Part shown: positions 6,918-15,064 of the stretch, in pieces
How positions within the stretch are numbered: the first letter of the stretch is position 1
Layout: every line of letters starts with the position of its first letter
NCBI GenBank assembly: GCA_046481735.1
Contig: JAWOJI010000087.1
Location: forward strand, 1-36,145
Direction of reading: 5' to 3'
Length of the DNA stretch: 36,145 bases
Source of the DNA: Desulfatiglandales bacterium
GTDB lineage: Bacteria > Desulfobacterota > DSM-4660 > Desulfatiglandales > HGW-15
Translations under genes and position numbers: made by a program
Notes under the pieces: generated by a model
What the model was told of the DNA's origin: nothing
Databases searched by the model: none
The model's input: only the letters and a program-made list of their open reading frames with translations

Positions 6918-8978
6918 ATGAGCGAGGATTTGAGAATCGGCGTTTTCGTTTGTGACTGTGGTTCCAACATTGCAGGCGTCGTCAATGTGCCCGAGGTGGT
7001 TGAATACTCGAAAACGCTTCCAAACGTGGCATATGCCGATGAGGGCAAGTGGTCCTGCTCTGTAGACGCGTTGGGCTCAATGCAGCAGGCCATCAAGGAT
7101 CATCAATTAAACCGCGTTGTCATCGCATCCTGCACGCCGAGGACTCACGAGCCACTTTTCAAGCAGACGGTGAAGGAAGCGGGCCTGAACCCCTACCTCC
7201 TGGAATTTGTCAGCATCCGGGAGCAGGTCTCCTGGGTTCACATGAACGAGCCTGATGCAGCCACCCGGAAGGCCAAGGATCTGGTCAAGATGGGAGTGGC
7301 CAAGGCCGCGCTTCTGGAAGAAGGAGAAGAGATCAGGCTCCCTGTGGGGAAAGAGTGCTTGATCATCGGCGGCGGTGCGGCAGGAATGAATGCCGCTCTC
7401 AGTGTGGCCGCCCAGGGATTCAGGGCTATCATCGTGGAGAAAGAGCCCCGGCTGGGAGGCCTACTGAACAAAATCGGCACAGTATCGCACGAGCACGGCG
7501 AGATGGCCGCCGAGGAGATCCTGAGAAGAGCCAGGGAGGTTGTAGCGGCCGATCCGAACGTCACGGTATACACGAGCGCTGTCATCGAGGATGTGAAGGG
7601 GTATATCGGCAATTACAAGGTCAAGATCAAGGCGAATGGAACAGCGGAAAGTCTTGATGTGTCCACCATCATCGTGGCGACCGGTATGAGGGAGGTCAAA
7701 CCCGAAGGGCTGTTCCTTTACGGAGAGGATTCCCGGGTGGTCACCCAGCTTGAGCTTGAAGGCAAGCTCAAAAGCTCACAGACAGGAAACCCGAAGCACG
7801 TCGTCATGATCAACTGCGTGGGGTCCAAGAACGAGACACGAGGGTGCTGCAACATCGGCTGTCCTGTTTCTGTGAAGAACGCCCTGGCCCTGAAGCAAAT
7901 CGATCCGGACACGAAGGTTTACGTCCTTTACAGGGACCTGAGCATGGTGAGGGAGGAGCACTTTCACCTGGATGCAGCCAAGGGGGCCGGGGTGAAGTTC
8001 ATTCGCTTCCCGGATGACCGATACCCGGAAGTGACTAGGGAAAAAGGGAACCTTCAGATCAAGGTGCACGATATCCTAAGCGGGAGGGAGTTCAAATTTC
8101 CTGCCGATCTTCTCGTCCTGACCGTGGGATTTGAAGGGGACGAGACGATCGAGGCACTCAGAGGACATCTGAAGGTGTCCACCAATGCAGAAGGTTTTTT
8201 CCAGGAGCGGCACATCAAGCTGGGGCCCCTTGATTTTCCTGCGGACGGGATCGCCCTCTGCGGTTGCGCAAAGAATCCCAAGAGCTACAAGGAAACCTGC
8301 GAAGAGGGGATCGGGGCGGCAATGAGGGTGTCCATCCCCATGAAAAACGAACACATTGAAGCCGAAGGGATCGTGGCGGACATCGACCTATCGAACTGCA
8401 ATTTTTGCGGCCTCTGTCATAAACGCTGCCCCTACGGCGCCATCCTGGTGAACGAGAACAAGGAACCTTCCGTGGTAAAAGCGCTCTGCAAGGGTTGCGG
8501 TCTTTGCGCAGCCGATTGTCCAAAGGAATGTATCACCATCGTTCACTACTCGGATGAGCAGCTTTTGGCCCAGGTGGAGGCCGCATTAGAGGAGAATGCG
8601 GAGAGAAAGATCCTTGGCTTTGTTTGCCACTGGTGCGCTCTGGGCGGAGTGGACATGGCCGGCGTGAGCCGGCTTCAGTACCCGACCAACGCCCGCTTGA
8701 TCAGGGTCATGTGCTCGGCCCGGGTGCCGATCAAGCTCATCGAGCGGGCTTACGAAAAGGGTGCGGCCGGCGTCCTGGTGGCGGGGTGCGAGTTCCCTAC
8801 CTGCCACTACATCTCGGGGAATTATGCCTGCGAGACAAGGGTCAAAAGGGCGAAAAAGATTCTGGCCAGGAAGGGCTACGATCCGGAGAAGCTTTGGAAT
8901 GTGTGGTGCTCGGCCGCAGACGGTCCCAAGTTTGCGAACACCATGAGGGAGATGGCCAAGCAATTGAATCTTGTATGA
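6918..8978 (+). CDS. HdrA-like flavoprotein fused to a C-terminal MvhD (methyl-viologen-reducing hydrogenase delta subunit) domain
   Basis: The track ORF starts at 6750. I place the start at ATG 6918 (MSEDLRIGVFVCDCGSNIAG...) after GAGGA (6906-6910). It has the HdrA N-terminal Cys motif VCDCGSNI and the FAD fold LIIGGGAAGMNAAL. The C-terminal ferredoxin motifs are CNFCGLCHKRCP and CKGCGLCAADCP. An MvhD-like tail follows: GFVCHWCALGGVDMAG...RVMCSARV...GVLVAGCEFPTCHY. Confidence 0.85.
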   Translation: MSEDLRIGVFVCDCGSNIAGVVNVPEVVEYSKTLPNVAYADEGKWSCSVDALGSMQQAIKDHQLNRVVIASCTPRTHEPLFKQTVKEAGLNPYLLEFVSIREQVSWVHMNEPDAATRKAKDLVKMGVAKAALLEEGEEIRLPVGKECLIIGGGAAGMNAALSVAAQGFRAIIVEKEPRLGGLLNKIGTVSHEHGEMAAEEILRRAREVVAADPNVTVYTSAVIEDVKGYIGNYKVKIKANGTAESLDVSTIIVATGMREVKPEGLFLYGEDSRVVTQLELEGKLKSSQTGNPKHVVMINCVGSKNETRGCCNIGCPVSVKNALALKQIDPDTKVYVLYRDLSMVREEHFHLDAAKGAGVKFIRFPDDRYPEVTREKGNLQIKVHDILSGREFKFPADLLVLTVGFEGDETIEALRGHLKVSTNAEGFFQERHIKLGPLDFPADGIALCGCAKNPKSYKETCEEGIGAAMRVSIPMKNEHIEAEGIVADIDLSNCNFCGLCHKRCPYGAILVNENKEPSVVKALCKGCGLCAADCPKECITIVHYSDEQLLAQVEAALEENAERKILGFVCHWCALGGVDMAGVSRLQYPTNARLIRVMCSARVPIKLIERAYEKGAAGVLVAGCEFPTCHYISGNYACETRVKRAKKILARKGYDPEKLWNVWCSAADGPKFANTMREMAKQLNLV

Positions 8979-9015
8979 TCACCCGGCCGCGACGGTTATC
9001 AAGGAGTTGAGTGGT

Positions 9016-10755
9016 ATGGATGCGAAGCAGGCATTGGCAGAGAAATTCAGTGATGTGACCATGTTCAGAACCTGTGAGCAGTGCGGCTGTTGCAGCTCCG
9101 CATGCCCCATCACCGGCGTCAATCAGTTCAACGTGCGAAGAATCGTGCGACACATTGAACTGGATCTTCCCGAGGAGGTGGCTCAGACGGGCCTTCCCTG
9201 GGCCTGCACAACCTGCGGGCGCTGTGAGACCGTCTGCCCGAACGGCATTGCGATCCTGGACATCATGAGACCGCTCAGGGCCATGGCGCCTGAAACGGTC
9301 GTCCCCGATGAGATCCCCCCCTGCACGGCAGCCTGCCCTGCAGGTATTGATGTCCCGGGATACTTGAGATGGATTGCCCGGGGTAAACCGGAAGAGGCTT
9401 ACAAGGTGATCCTGGAAAAGATCCCCTTCCCCGGAATTCTGGGCCGGGTTTGCATTCATCCCTGCGAAACCAAGTGCCGACGGGGAGAGGTCAACCAGCC
9501 CATCGCGATTTGTGCCCTGAAACGGTATGCGGCGGATAGAGGAGGAGACCTTTTTAAAGCGGCCGCGCAGATCAAGAGAGCTACAGGCAGGAAGGCTGCA
9601 GTCATCGGGTCCGGCCCGTCAGGCCTCAGCGCCGCATTCTACCTGAGAAAAAAGGGCCACGAGGTAACGGTCTTTGAAGCAAGAGCGAAGCCTGGAGGAA
9701 TGATGCGCTACGGCATTCCCTTTTACCGTCTGCCTGAGGATGTTGTCGACAAGGAGATCCGTCAGGTTCTCAGTTTGGGAATCCGGCTTGAAACAGGCAA
9801 GGAGCTGGGCAGGGATTTTACCCTGGAGGATCTGAAAAAGGAAGGCTACGAAGCCACGTACATTGCCACAGGCCTCCAAAAGAGCCGAAAAATCGAGATG
9901 GAGGGCTCCAATCTCGAAGGCGTCCTCTGGGGAGTGGACTTTCTGTCTGAAGTGAGCGAGGGAAAAGAGATCCGGGTCGAGGGCAGGGTGCTTGTCGTAG
10001 GCGGAGGCAATGTGGCGGTGGATGTGGCTCTCACCGCTTTGCGGACAGGGGCCAAGGAAGTGACTATGGCGTGTCTGGAAAACAGGGAGGAGGTGCCGGC
10101 CAGTTCCTGGGAGATCGCGCAGGCCCTGGAGGAAGGGGTAACCCTCCTGCCTTCCTGGGGGCCGCACCGCATCGTGGGGGTAAACGGAAAGGTGAAAGCC
10201 GTTGAGCTCGTCACGTGCACGAGCGTGTTTGATGAAAAGGGCGATTTTTGCCCTGCTTTCGGGGATGAGAAAAAGATCGTTGAAGCCGACCAGGTAATCC
10301 TGGCCATAGGACAAGCTGCAGACCTTTCTTTTCTTTCCGGGGACGGCGAGATCCGGCATGAGCGAGGTCTTATCGTTATCGATGCGGAGACCCACAAAAC
10401 CGGCATGGCCGGTGTTTTTGCGGGCGGCGATGTGGGCCGCGGCGCCGGGGCCGTTATCGACGCGGTTGCCGCCGGCCGAAAGGCCGCCTCTTCCATGGAC
10501 AGAGCGCTTGGCGGAAACGGAGTTCTCGACGAGAGCTTTTCAGAGAAACTGGATGCCGCCTCCTACACAGGCAAGAGAGACAGGGGCTTTGCCGATTTGA
10601 CGAGATCCACGGCCGAAGCATTGCCTCTGGAGGAAAGGCGCAACAGCTTTAACGAGGTGGAAGGATGCTTCAGTGACGAGCAGGCTGTGGGCGAGGCCAG
10701 CAGGTGTCTTCAATGTGATTTCGAAGTCAAACTTGCCAAGCTACTCCGTTCATGA
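9016..10755 (+). CDS. fusion of an HdrC-like 2x[4Fe-4S] domain with a GltD/NfnB-like NAD(P)H-dependent FAD oxidoreductase (glutamate synthase small-subunit family)
   Basis: I place the start at ATG 9016 after AAGGAG (9001-9006). The N-terminus has CEQCGCCSSACP and CTTCGRCETVCP. The GltD-type N-terminal FeS region follows: CTAACPAGIDVPGYL...CIHPCETKCRRG. Two dinucleotide folds are present, AAVIGSGPSGLSAAFYL...GGMMRYGIPFYRLP and VLVVGGGNVAVDVA, ending with GVFAGGD. Confidence 0.85.
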   Translation: MDAKQALAEKFSDVTMFRTCEQCGCCSSACPITGVNQFNVRRIVRHIELDLPEEVAQTGLPWACTTCGRCETVCPNGIAILDIMRPLRAMAPETVVPDEIPPCTAACPAGIDVPGYLRWIARGKPEEAYKVILEKIPFPGILGRVCIHPCETKCRRGEVNQPIAICALKRYAADRGGDLFKAAAQIKRATGRKAAVIGSGPSGLSAAFYLRKKGHEVTVFEARAKPGGMMRYGIPFYRLPEDVVDKEIRQVLSLGIRLETGKELGRDFTLEDLKKEGYEATYIATGLQKSRKIEMEGSNLEGVLWGVDFLSEVSEGKEIRVEGRVLVVGGGNVAVDVALTALRTGAKEVTMACLENREEVPASSWEIAQALEEGVTLLPSWGPHRIVGVNGKVKAVELVTCTSVFDEKGDFCPAFGDEKKIVEADQVILAIGQAADLSFLSGDGEIRHERGLIVIDAETHKTGMAGVFAGGDVGRGAGAVIDAVAAGRKAASSMDRALGGNGVLDESFSEKLDAASYTGKRDRGFADLTRSTAEALPLEERRNSFNEVEGCFSDEQAVGEASRCLQCDFEVKLAKLLRS

Positions 10756-11067
10756 TTGGAATGTTGGATTCATGGAACGATGGAATGATTGACTCAGGAC
10801 TTTGTGAAAATGATATCCGCCATGCCGGATTTCATTGATCGCCCCTGCCGGGCTCTTTTCTCAGATCTCAGACCTTAGACATCTTGCTTACCTGTCAAGT
10901 AGGCCTTCGTTACAATCAAGGCATTGAACTTGTTTATCCTATGAATTGTGCTATTTTTTGAGCAGGGAAAATCGAATCGCATGATTCCGCGATTCCAATA
11001 TTCCAATTGCGGAACAAAGCGGAAGTCAGAAACGGCGGGAAGAAATCCTGGCAAGAAAGAGGGCCTT

Positions 11068-11742
11068 ATGCGCATTTTGCTGGTGGAGGATGACTTGAAG
11101 ATCGCCTCTTTTGTGATCAAGGGTCTCAAGGAGGCAGGTTTTGCCGTAGACCATGCCGTGGATGGCGAAGACGGGCTCCACCTTGCTCTTTATGAACCTT
11201 ATGACGCAGCGGTTATCGACATCATGCTTCCGAAGCTGGATGGACTCATGCTTATCGAGAGGCTCAGAGCCCAGGGGCGGAACACGCCGGTAATCATATT
11301 GAGCGCCAAAAGATCTGTGGACGATCGAGTGAGAGGTCTCCAGTCAGGTGGAGACGATTACCTCACCAAGCCGTTTTCCTTTGCCGAACTTCTCGCGCGG
11401 TTGCAAGGGCTGATCAGGCGTGCCACGCGAGCGGCGAAACCCGTTCTTCTCAAGGCAGGGGATCTCTCTTTGAGCCTCCTCACCCGGGAAGTTCGCCGGG
11501 GCGACGAAAGGATCGACCTTCAGCCGCGCGAGTTCGCACTGCTTGAATACCTGTTGCGTAACGAAGGAAACGTGCTGTCCAAGACCATGATTCTGGAACA
11601 CGTTTGGGACTACAGTTTCGATCCTCAGACCAATGTGGTTGATGTGCTGGTTTGCCGACTGCGCAACAAGGTAGACAGGGATTTCAAGCAGAAGATGATC
11701 CACACGATTCGCGGGGTGGGCTATGTTCTCAAGGCCTCTTAG
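11068..11742 (+). CDS. OmpR-family response regulator (CusR/CopR-like)
   Basis: I place the start at ATG 11068 ([13 protein letters not shown]...). It has a receiver domain with DIMLPKLDG and a winged-helix C-terminus ([25 protein letters not shown] ... [11 protein letters not shown]). Confidence 0.9.
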   Translation: MRILLVEDDLKIASFVIKGLKEAGFAVDHAVDGEDGLHLALYEPYDAAVIDIMLPKLDGLMLIERLRAQGRNTPVIILSAKRSVDDRVRGLQSGGDDYLTKPFSFAELLARLQGLIRRATRAAKPVLLKAGDLSLSLLTREVRRGDERIDLQPREFALLEYLLRNEGNVLSKTMILEHVWDYSFDPQTNVVDVLVCRLRNKVDRDFKQKMIHTIRGVGYVLKAS

Positions 11743-13129
11743 CGATCTGACGCGCACGGTGGGGTTCAGGCTCACCCTATGGTATTCCGGCATGTTCATC
11801 CTGATCATGTCCTTGCTTTTCGGATTCGTCTATTTCATGCTCTCCGCTTCACTGACAAGGCAGGACCATGAGATGATTCGCTCGCGACTCCGCGAGCTCT
11901 CAGCCGCTTATGCGCAAGGTGGGGTGGAGGGTCTGGAAATAGAGGTGACAGGGGAGAAGAAATTCAAGAAAAGCAATTCGTTTCTGGTGCGTGTTGCTGA
12001 TCCGAGGAATACCACGCTCTTCCTGATCCTCCCCTACCAGTGGGCCGAGTTTGACCTCAGGGGGCTAGAAGAAAAGCCTTCTGGTGATTGGCTCAGGGTC
12101 GCCTCAAGAACGGGAAAAGAAGTGCTCGAAGTGGCATCGACCGGTCTGGCTTTTGGTTACACCCTCCAAGTCGGCAAGAGCACGGAAGAGAGGGAGAAGA
12201 TCCTGAAGGATTTTCTCCGTATTTTCGTGGCAGCGCTGATTCCCCTGGTTCTGTTAGGTTTTGTCGTTGGGATTTTCCTCTCACGCAGAGCCCTGCACCC
12301 CATTCGCCAGCTCACCGAAACGGTGCGATCCATTACCAGCGGGAGAATCGACGCCCGCGCTCCTGCGCTTCGAAGCAGAGACGAACTCGGCGATCTGATT
12401 GATCTATTCAACACGATGGTTGGGAAAATCGAGAAACTCATCCGCGGGATGGGGGAGTCCCTCGACAATGTGGCCCATGATCTGCGGACGCCGATGACAC
12501 GGATGAGGGGGATCGCCGAAATGGCGTTGCGAACGGATGGGGACGTGGGCGTTTGCCGTGAAGCCCTTGCCGACTGCCTCGAAGAATCGGAGAGAATCCT
12601 CGAGATGCTCAACACCCTCATGGATATTTCAGAAGCTGAATCCGGCACAATGACCCTTGAACTCCGTAGGGTGAATGTTTCTGATGTTATGGATAAGGTG
12701 TCGGATCTCTACAGATACGTTGCCGAAGAGAAAGAAGTGCAAATCGAAACCGCCTGCCCCCGAGAGCTTTCCTTTGTGGTGGACCCGCTACGGGTGGGGC
12801 AAGCTCTAGGCAACCTTGTCGATAATGCGATTAAATACACGCCCCCGGGAGGTGTTGTGAGCGCGAAGGGTGAGAAGCAGGATGAAAAAGTCCTCATTGC
12901 TGTGAGCGACACGGGAATCGGCATAGGACCCGAAGAACTTCCGAGGATTTGGGATCGTCTCTACCGAGGCGATAGAAGCCGTTCCCAAAAAGGTCTCGGT
13001 TTGGGGCTGAGCCTGGTCAAGGCCATCGTGGAAGCCCACAAGGGGGAAGTGAAGGTCACCAGTGAGCCGAGCAAAGGTTCTGTCTTCACAATCTGTCTTC
13101 CGCTGGACCCGTCGTCCGTCTCCGATTAG
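11723..13129 (+). CDS. sensor histidine kinase (two TM segments, HAMP, HisKA, HATPase_c)
   Basis: It overlaps the response-regulator gene by 20 nt. It has an H-box [11 protein letters not shown], an N-box [14 protein letters not shown]1 VSDTGIGI and G2 GLGLGLSLV. Confidence 0.9.
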   Translation: MFSRPLSDLTRTVGFRLTLWYSGMFILIMSLLFGFVYFMLSASLTRQDHEMIRSRLRELSAAYAQGGVEGLEIEVTGEKKFKKSNSFLVRVADPRNTTLFLILPYQWAEFDLRGLEEKPSGDWLRVASRTGKEVLEVASTGLAFGYTLQVGKSTEEREKILKDFLRIFVAALIPLVLLGFVVGIFLSRRALHPIRQLTETVRSITSGRIDARAPALRSRDELGDLIDLFNTMVGKIEKLIRGMGESLDNVAHDLRTPMTRMRGIAEMALRTDGDVGVCREALADCLEESERILEMLNTLMDISEAESGTMTLELRRVNVSDVMDKVSDLYRYVAEEKEVQIETACPRELSFVVDPLRVGQALGNLVDNAIKYTPPGGVVSAKGEKQDEKVLIAVSDTGIGIGPEELPRIWDRLYRGDRSRSQKGLGLGLSLVKAIVEAHKGEVKVTSEPSKGSVFTICLPLDPSSVSD

Positions 13130-13294
13130 AATGCCAACCTTTCAAAACTGTAACGTTAAGGAAAGGTTTATGAAAGATTCATCGCTTAGATTTCCTTAAA
13201 ACAAAAATGAAACTCTTCCGCTTTGCCCAAGAGAAGCGTGAAGAAACGAGAGCCCGCAAGGGGGTCACAAGGGAGTCAGGAAAGGATCTAAGCG

Positions 13295-13597
13295 ATGGCA
13301 AAAGAACAAAAAAACACCGCAGAGAAAGCTCGGCTTGAACTGGTCGAATGTTCCCGTCAACCCGGAAAACTTCGACTTTCCCAATACGCTTGCGGCCGGA
13401 GATATCTTCGCGCGCAGGACAGCCTGGATGATATTCCGGAAAGCGATTTCGGCATCACCCTCAGATGGAGTCTACAGGTCTGCCGAACATGCCCTCAGGG
13501 TCTGACCCACTCCAAGAACATTCAGGTGCAATCCATTCCAACTGCAATGCCCAGGAGCAGAAGGATTCGTTTTGGAAAGAAAAGGAAAAGGAATTGA
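13295..13597 (+). CDS. hypothetical small basic protein with four Cys (possible zinc ribbon)
   Basis: This 100-aa ORF is preceded by AGGAAAGGA. Its stop lies 5 nt before the first candidate ATG of the HtrA gene (13603). I recognise no family. Its 3' part overlaps the longest version of the HtrA ORF. Confidence 0.3.
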   Translation: MAKEQKNTAEKARLELVECSRQPGKLRLSQYACGRRYLRAQDSLDDIPESDFGITLRWSLQVCRTCPQGLTHSKNIQVQSIPTAMPRSRRIRFGKKRKRN

Positions 13598-13626
13598 TTT
13601 GGATGGATCCGAGTGAAGGATGGAGA

Positions 13627-15045
13627 ATGCGCATGGGTAGAGAGGTTGAGAGTTATGGCTGGGTCCACATAGGCGTTCTTATAACAGGTTTGCTTCTTGC
13701 TTCAGTCTCTCCCTGCCTTTCAGATCCTGGCGTCGGCTCTGTAGACTTGAGAACCGCCATCAGCGATGTGGTGAGAACGAATATTCCGGCGATCGTCCAC
13801 ATCGAAGCCGTCCGAGAGCAAACCGTTTTTTTCCCCAGGGGCCCGTTTGACAACGAACCTCTGCTGCAATTCCTATACATGCTGCCGAAAAACGCCCTGG
13901 GAGAAGGAAACCCGAGAGGCACCGGGGTTATCATCGATCAAAGGGGGAACATTCTTACCTCCCATCATGTTGTCGGGGGCGCCAAAGAGATTATCGTTTC
14001 TATGGACTCGGGACAAATCTATCCGGCGACCTTGTTAGGCTCCGATCCAAAAACCGATCTGGCTGTGATCCGCGTTGTTTCGCAAGATCCCCTGCCTCAT
14101 GTCGATTTTGGAGATTCGGATAAGCTTGATATGGGTGAATGGGTCATTGCCATAGGCCATCCGAGAGACCGGGATCCCATTGTGACCAGCGGGATCATCA
14201 GGGCAAGGCATCGAAGAGGAGTCATGGATCCTGGAACGTTCAAAGATCTTCTCCAGACCGATGCGGCCATCAACAGCGGATACTGCGGCGGACCCTTGCT
14301 GAATCTTCGGGGAGAAGTGATCGGAATCAATTCGGCTCTTGTATCCGATGCGCCGGACTTGCGCGGCATCTCTTTTGCAATTCCCGGTAATGCAGCGCTC
14401 CACGTAGCAGAGAAGCTCATTGCCCAAGGGGAAATAAAACGGGGTTGGTTGGGCATTCGCATCAAGGAAGTTGCATCCAGGAGCGGCAAGGTTGGAGTCG
14501 ACACAGAAGGTGCCCTGGTCTATGATGTGCTGCAAGGAGGACCAGGGGACAGGGCGGGTTTGAAAAGCGGTGATGTGGTCATCGCTTTCCGCGGCAGGCC
14601 CGTTGAGGATGTGGCGTCGCTGCGCGATGCCGTTACAAACGCCCAGGTGGGAGAGGAGGTTCGGTTGACCGTTATCCGTCAGAACAAAGAGGAGCATGTG
14701 ACCGTCCTGATCGGAAATGCGGAGGACGGAAGCAGGATCCCAGGAACACCGATAAAAGACCATCTTGGAGCGGATATGAGGCCCGTCACTGCCGATGAGG
14801 CCAGGAAGTTCAGCATCCAGCCGCATCAGGGTATCATGATTACCTGGGTGGACCCGCAGGGACCGTTCGGCCGGGTAGGATTCGAGGCAGGGGATATCAT
14901 ACTCGAAGTGAACGGCCATGCGTTCAAGAACCCGGAAGGTTTTCTTTCTCTGCTCAGCTCCCTTGACCAAACCCAGCGGATAACGATTTTTGCCCTTGAC
15001 CACAGGAGTGGTCACAGGGGATATGTACAAGTCAAAATGAAATGA
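13627..15045 (+). CDS. HtrA/DegP-family trypsin-fold protease with two PDZ domains; nucleophile position is Cys instead of Ser
   Basis: The start is ambiguous (13465, 13603, 13627 or 13633). A signal or TM segment (VHIGVLITGLLLASVSPCLS) follows. Triad context is TSHHVVGG (His), KTDLAVIRV (Asp) and INSGYCGGPLLN. The TGC codon at 14284-14286 occupies the place where the family has GNSGGP. Confidence 0.85.
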   Translation: MRMGREVESYGWVHIGVLITGLLLASVSPCLSDPGVGSVDLRTAISDVVRTNIPAIVHIEAVREQTVFFPRGPFDNEPLLQFLYMLPKNALGEGNPRGTGVIIDQRGNILTSHHVVGGAKEIIVSMDSGQIYPATLLGSDPKTDLAVIRVVSQDPLPHVDFGDSDKLDMGEWVIAIGHPRDRDPIVTSGIIRARHRRGVMDPGTFKDLLQTDAAINSGYCGGPLLNLRGEVIGINSALVSDAPDLRGISFAIPGNAALHVAEKLIAQGEIKRGWLGIRIKEVASRSGKVGVDTEGALVYDVLQGGPGDRAGLKSGDVVIAFRGRPVEDVASLRDAVTNAQVGEEVRLTVIRQNKEEHVTVLIGNAEDGSRIPGTPIKDHLGADMRPVTADEARKFSIQPHQGIMITWVDPQGPFGRVGFEAGDIILEVNGHAFKNPEGFLSLLSSLDQTQRITIFALDHRSGHRGYVQVKMK

Positions 15046-15064
15046 TATCATCAATAAGGAGAAC

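Noticed and set aside
5498-7096. 532-aa minus-strand ORF
   Set aside because: It lies entirely antisense to the two HdrA-like genes, whose FAD and FeS motifs are unambiguous. Its sequence is low-complexity and Arg/Pro/Gly-rich, as is typical of shadow frames in GC-rich DNA.
5411-8978. Selenocysteine in the HdrA paralogs
   Set aside because: Some HdrA proteins are selenoproteins, so I checked. Both frames are continuous with no in-frame TGA.
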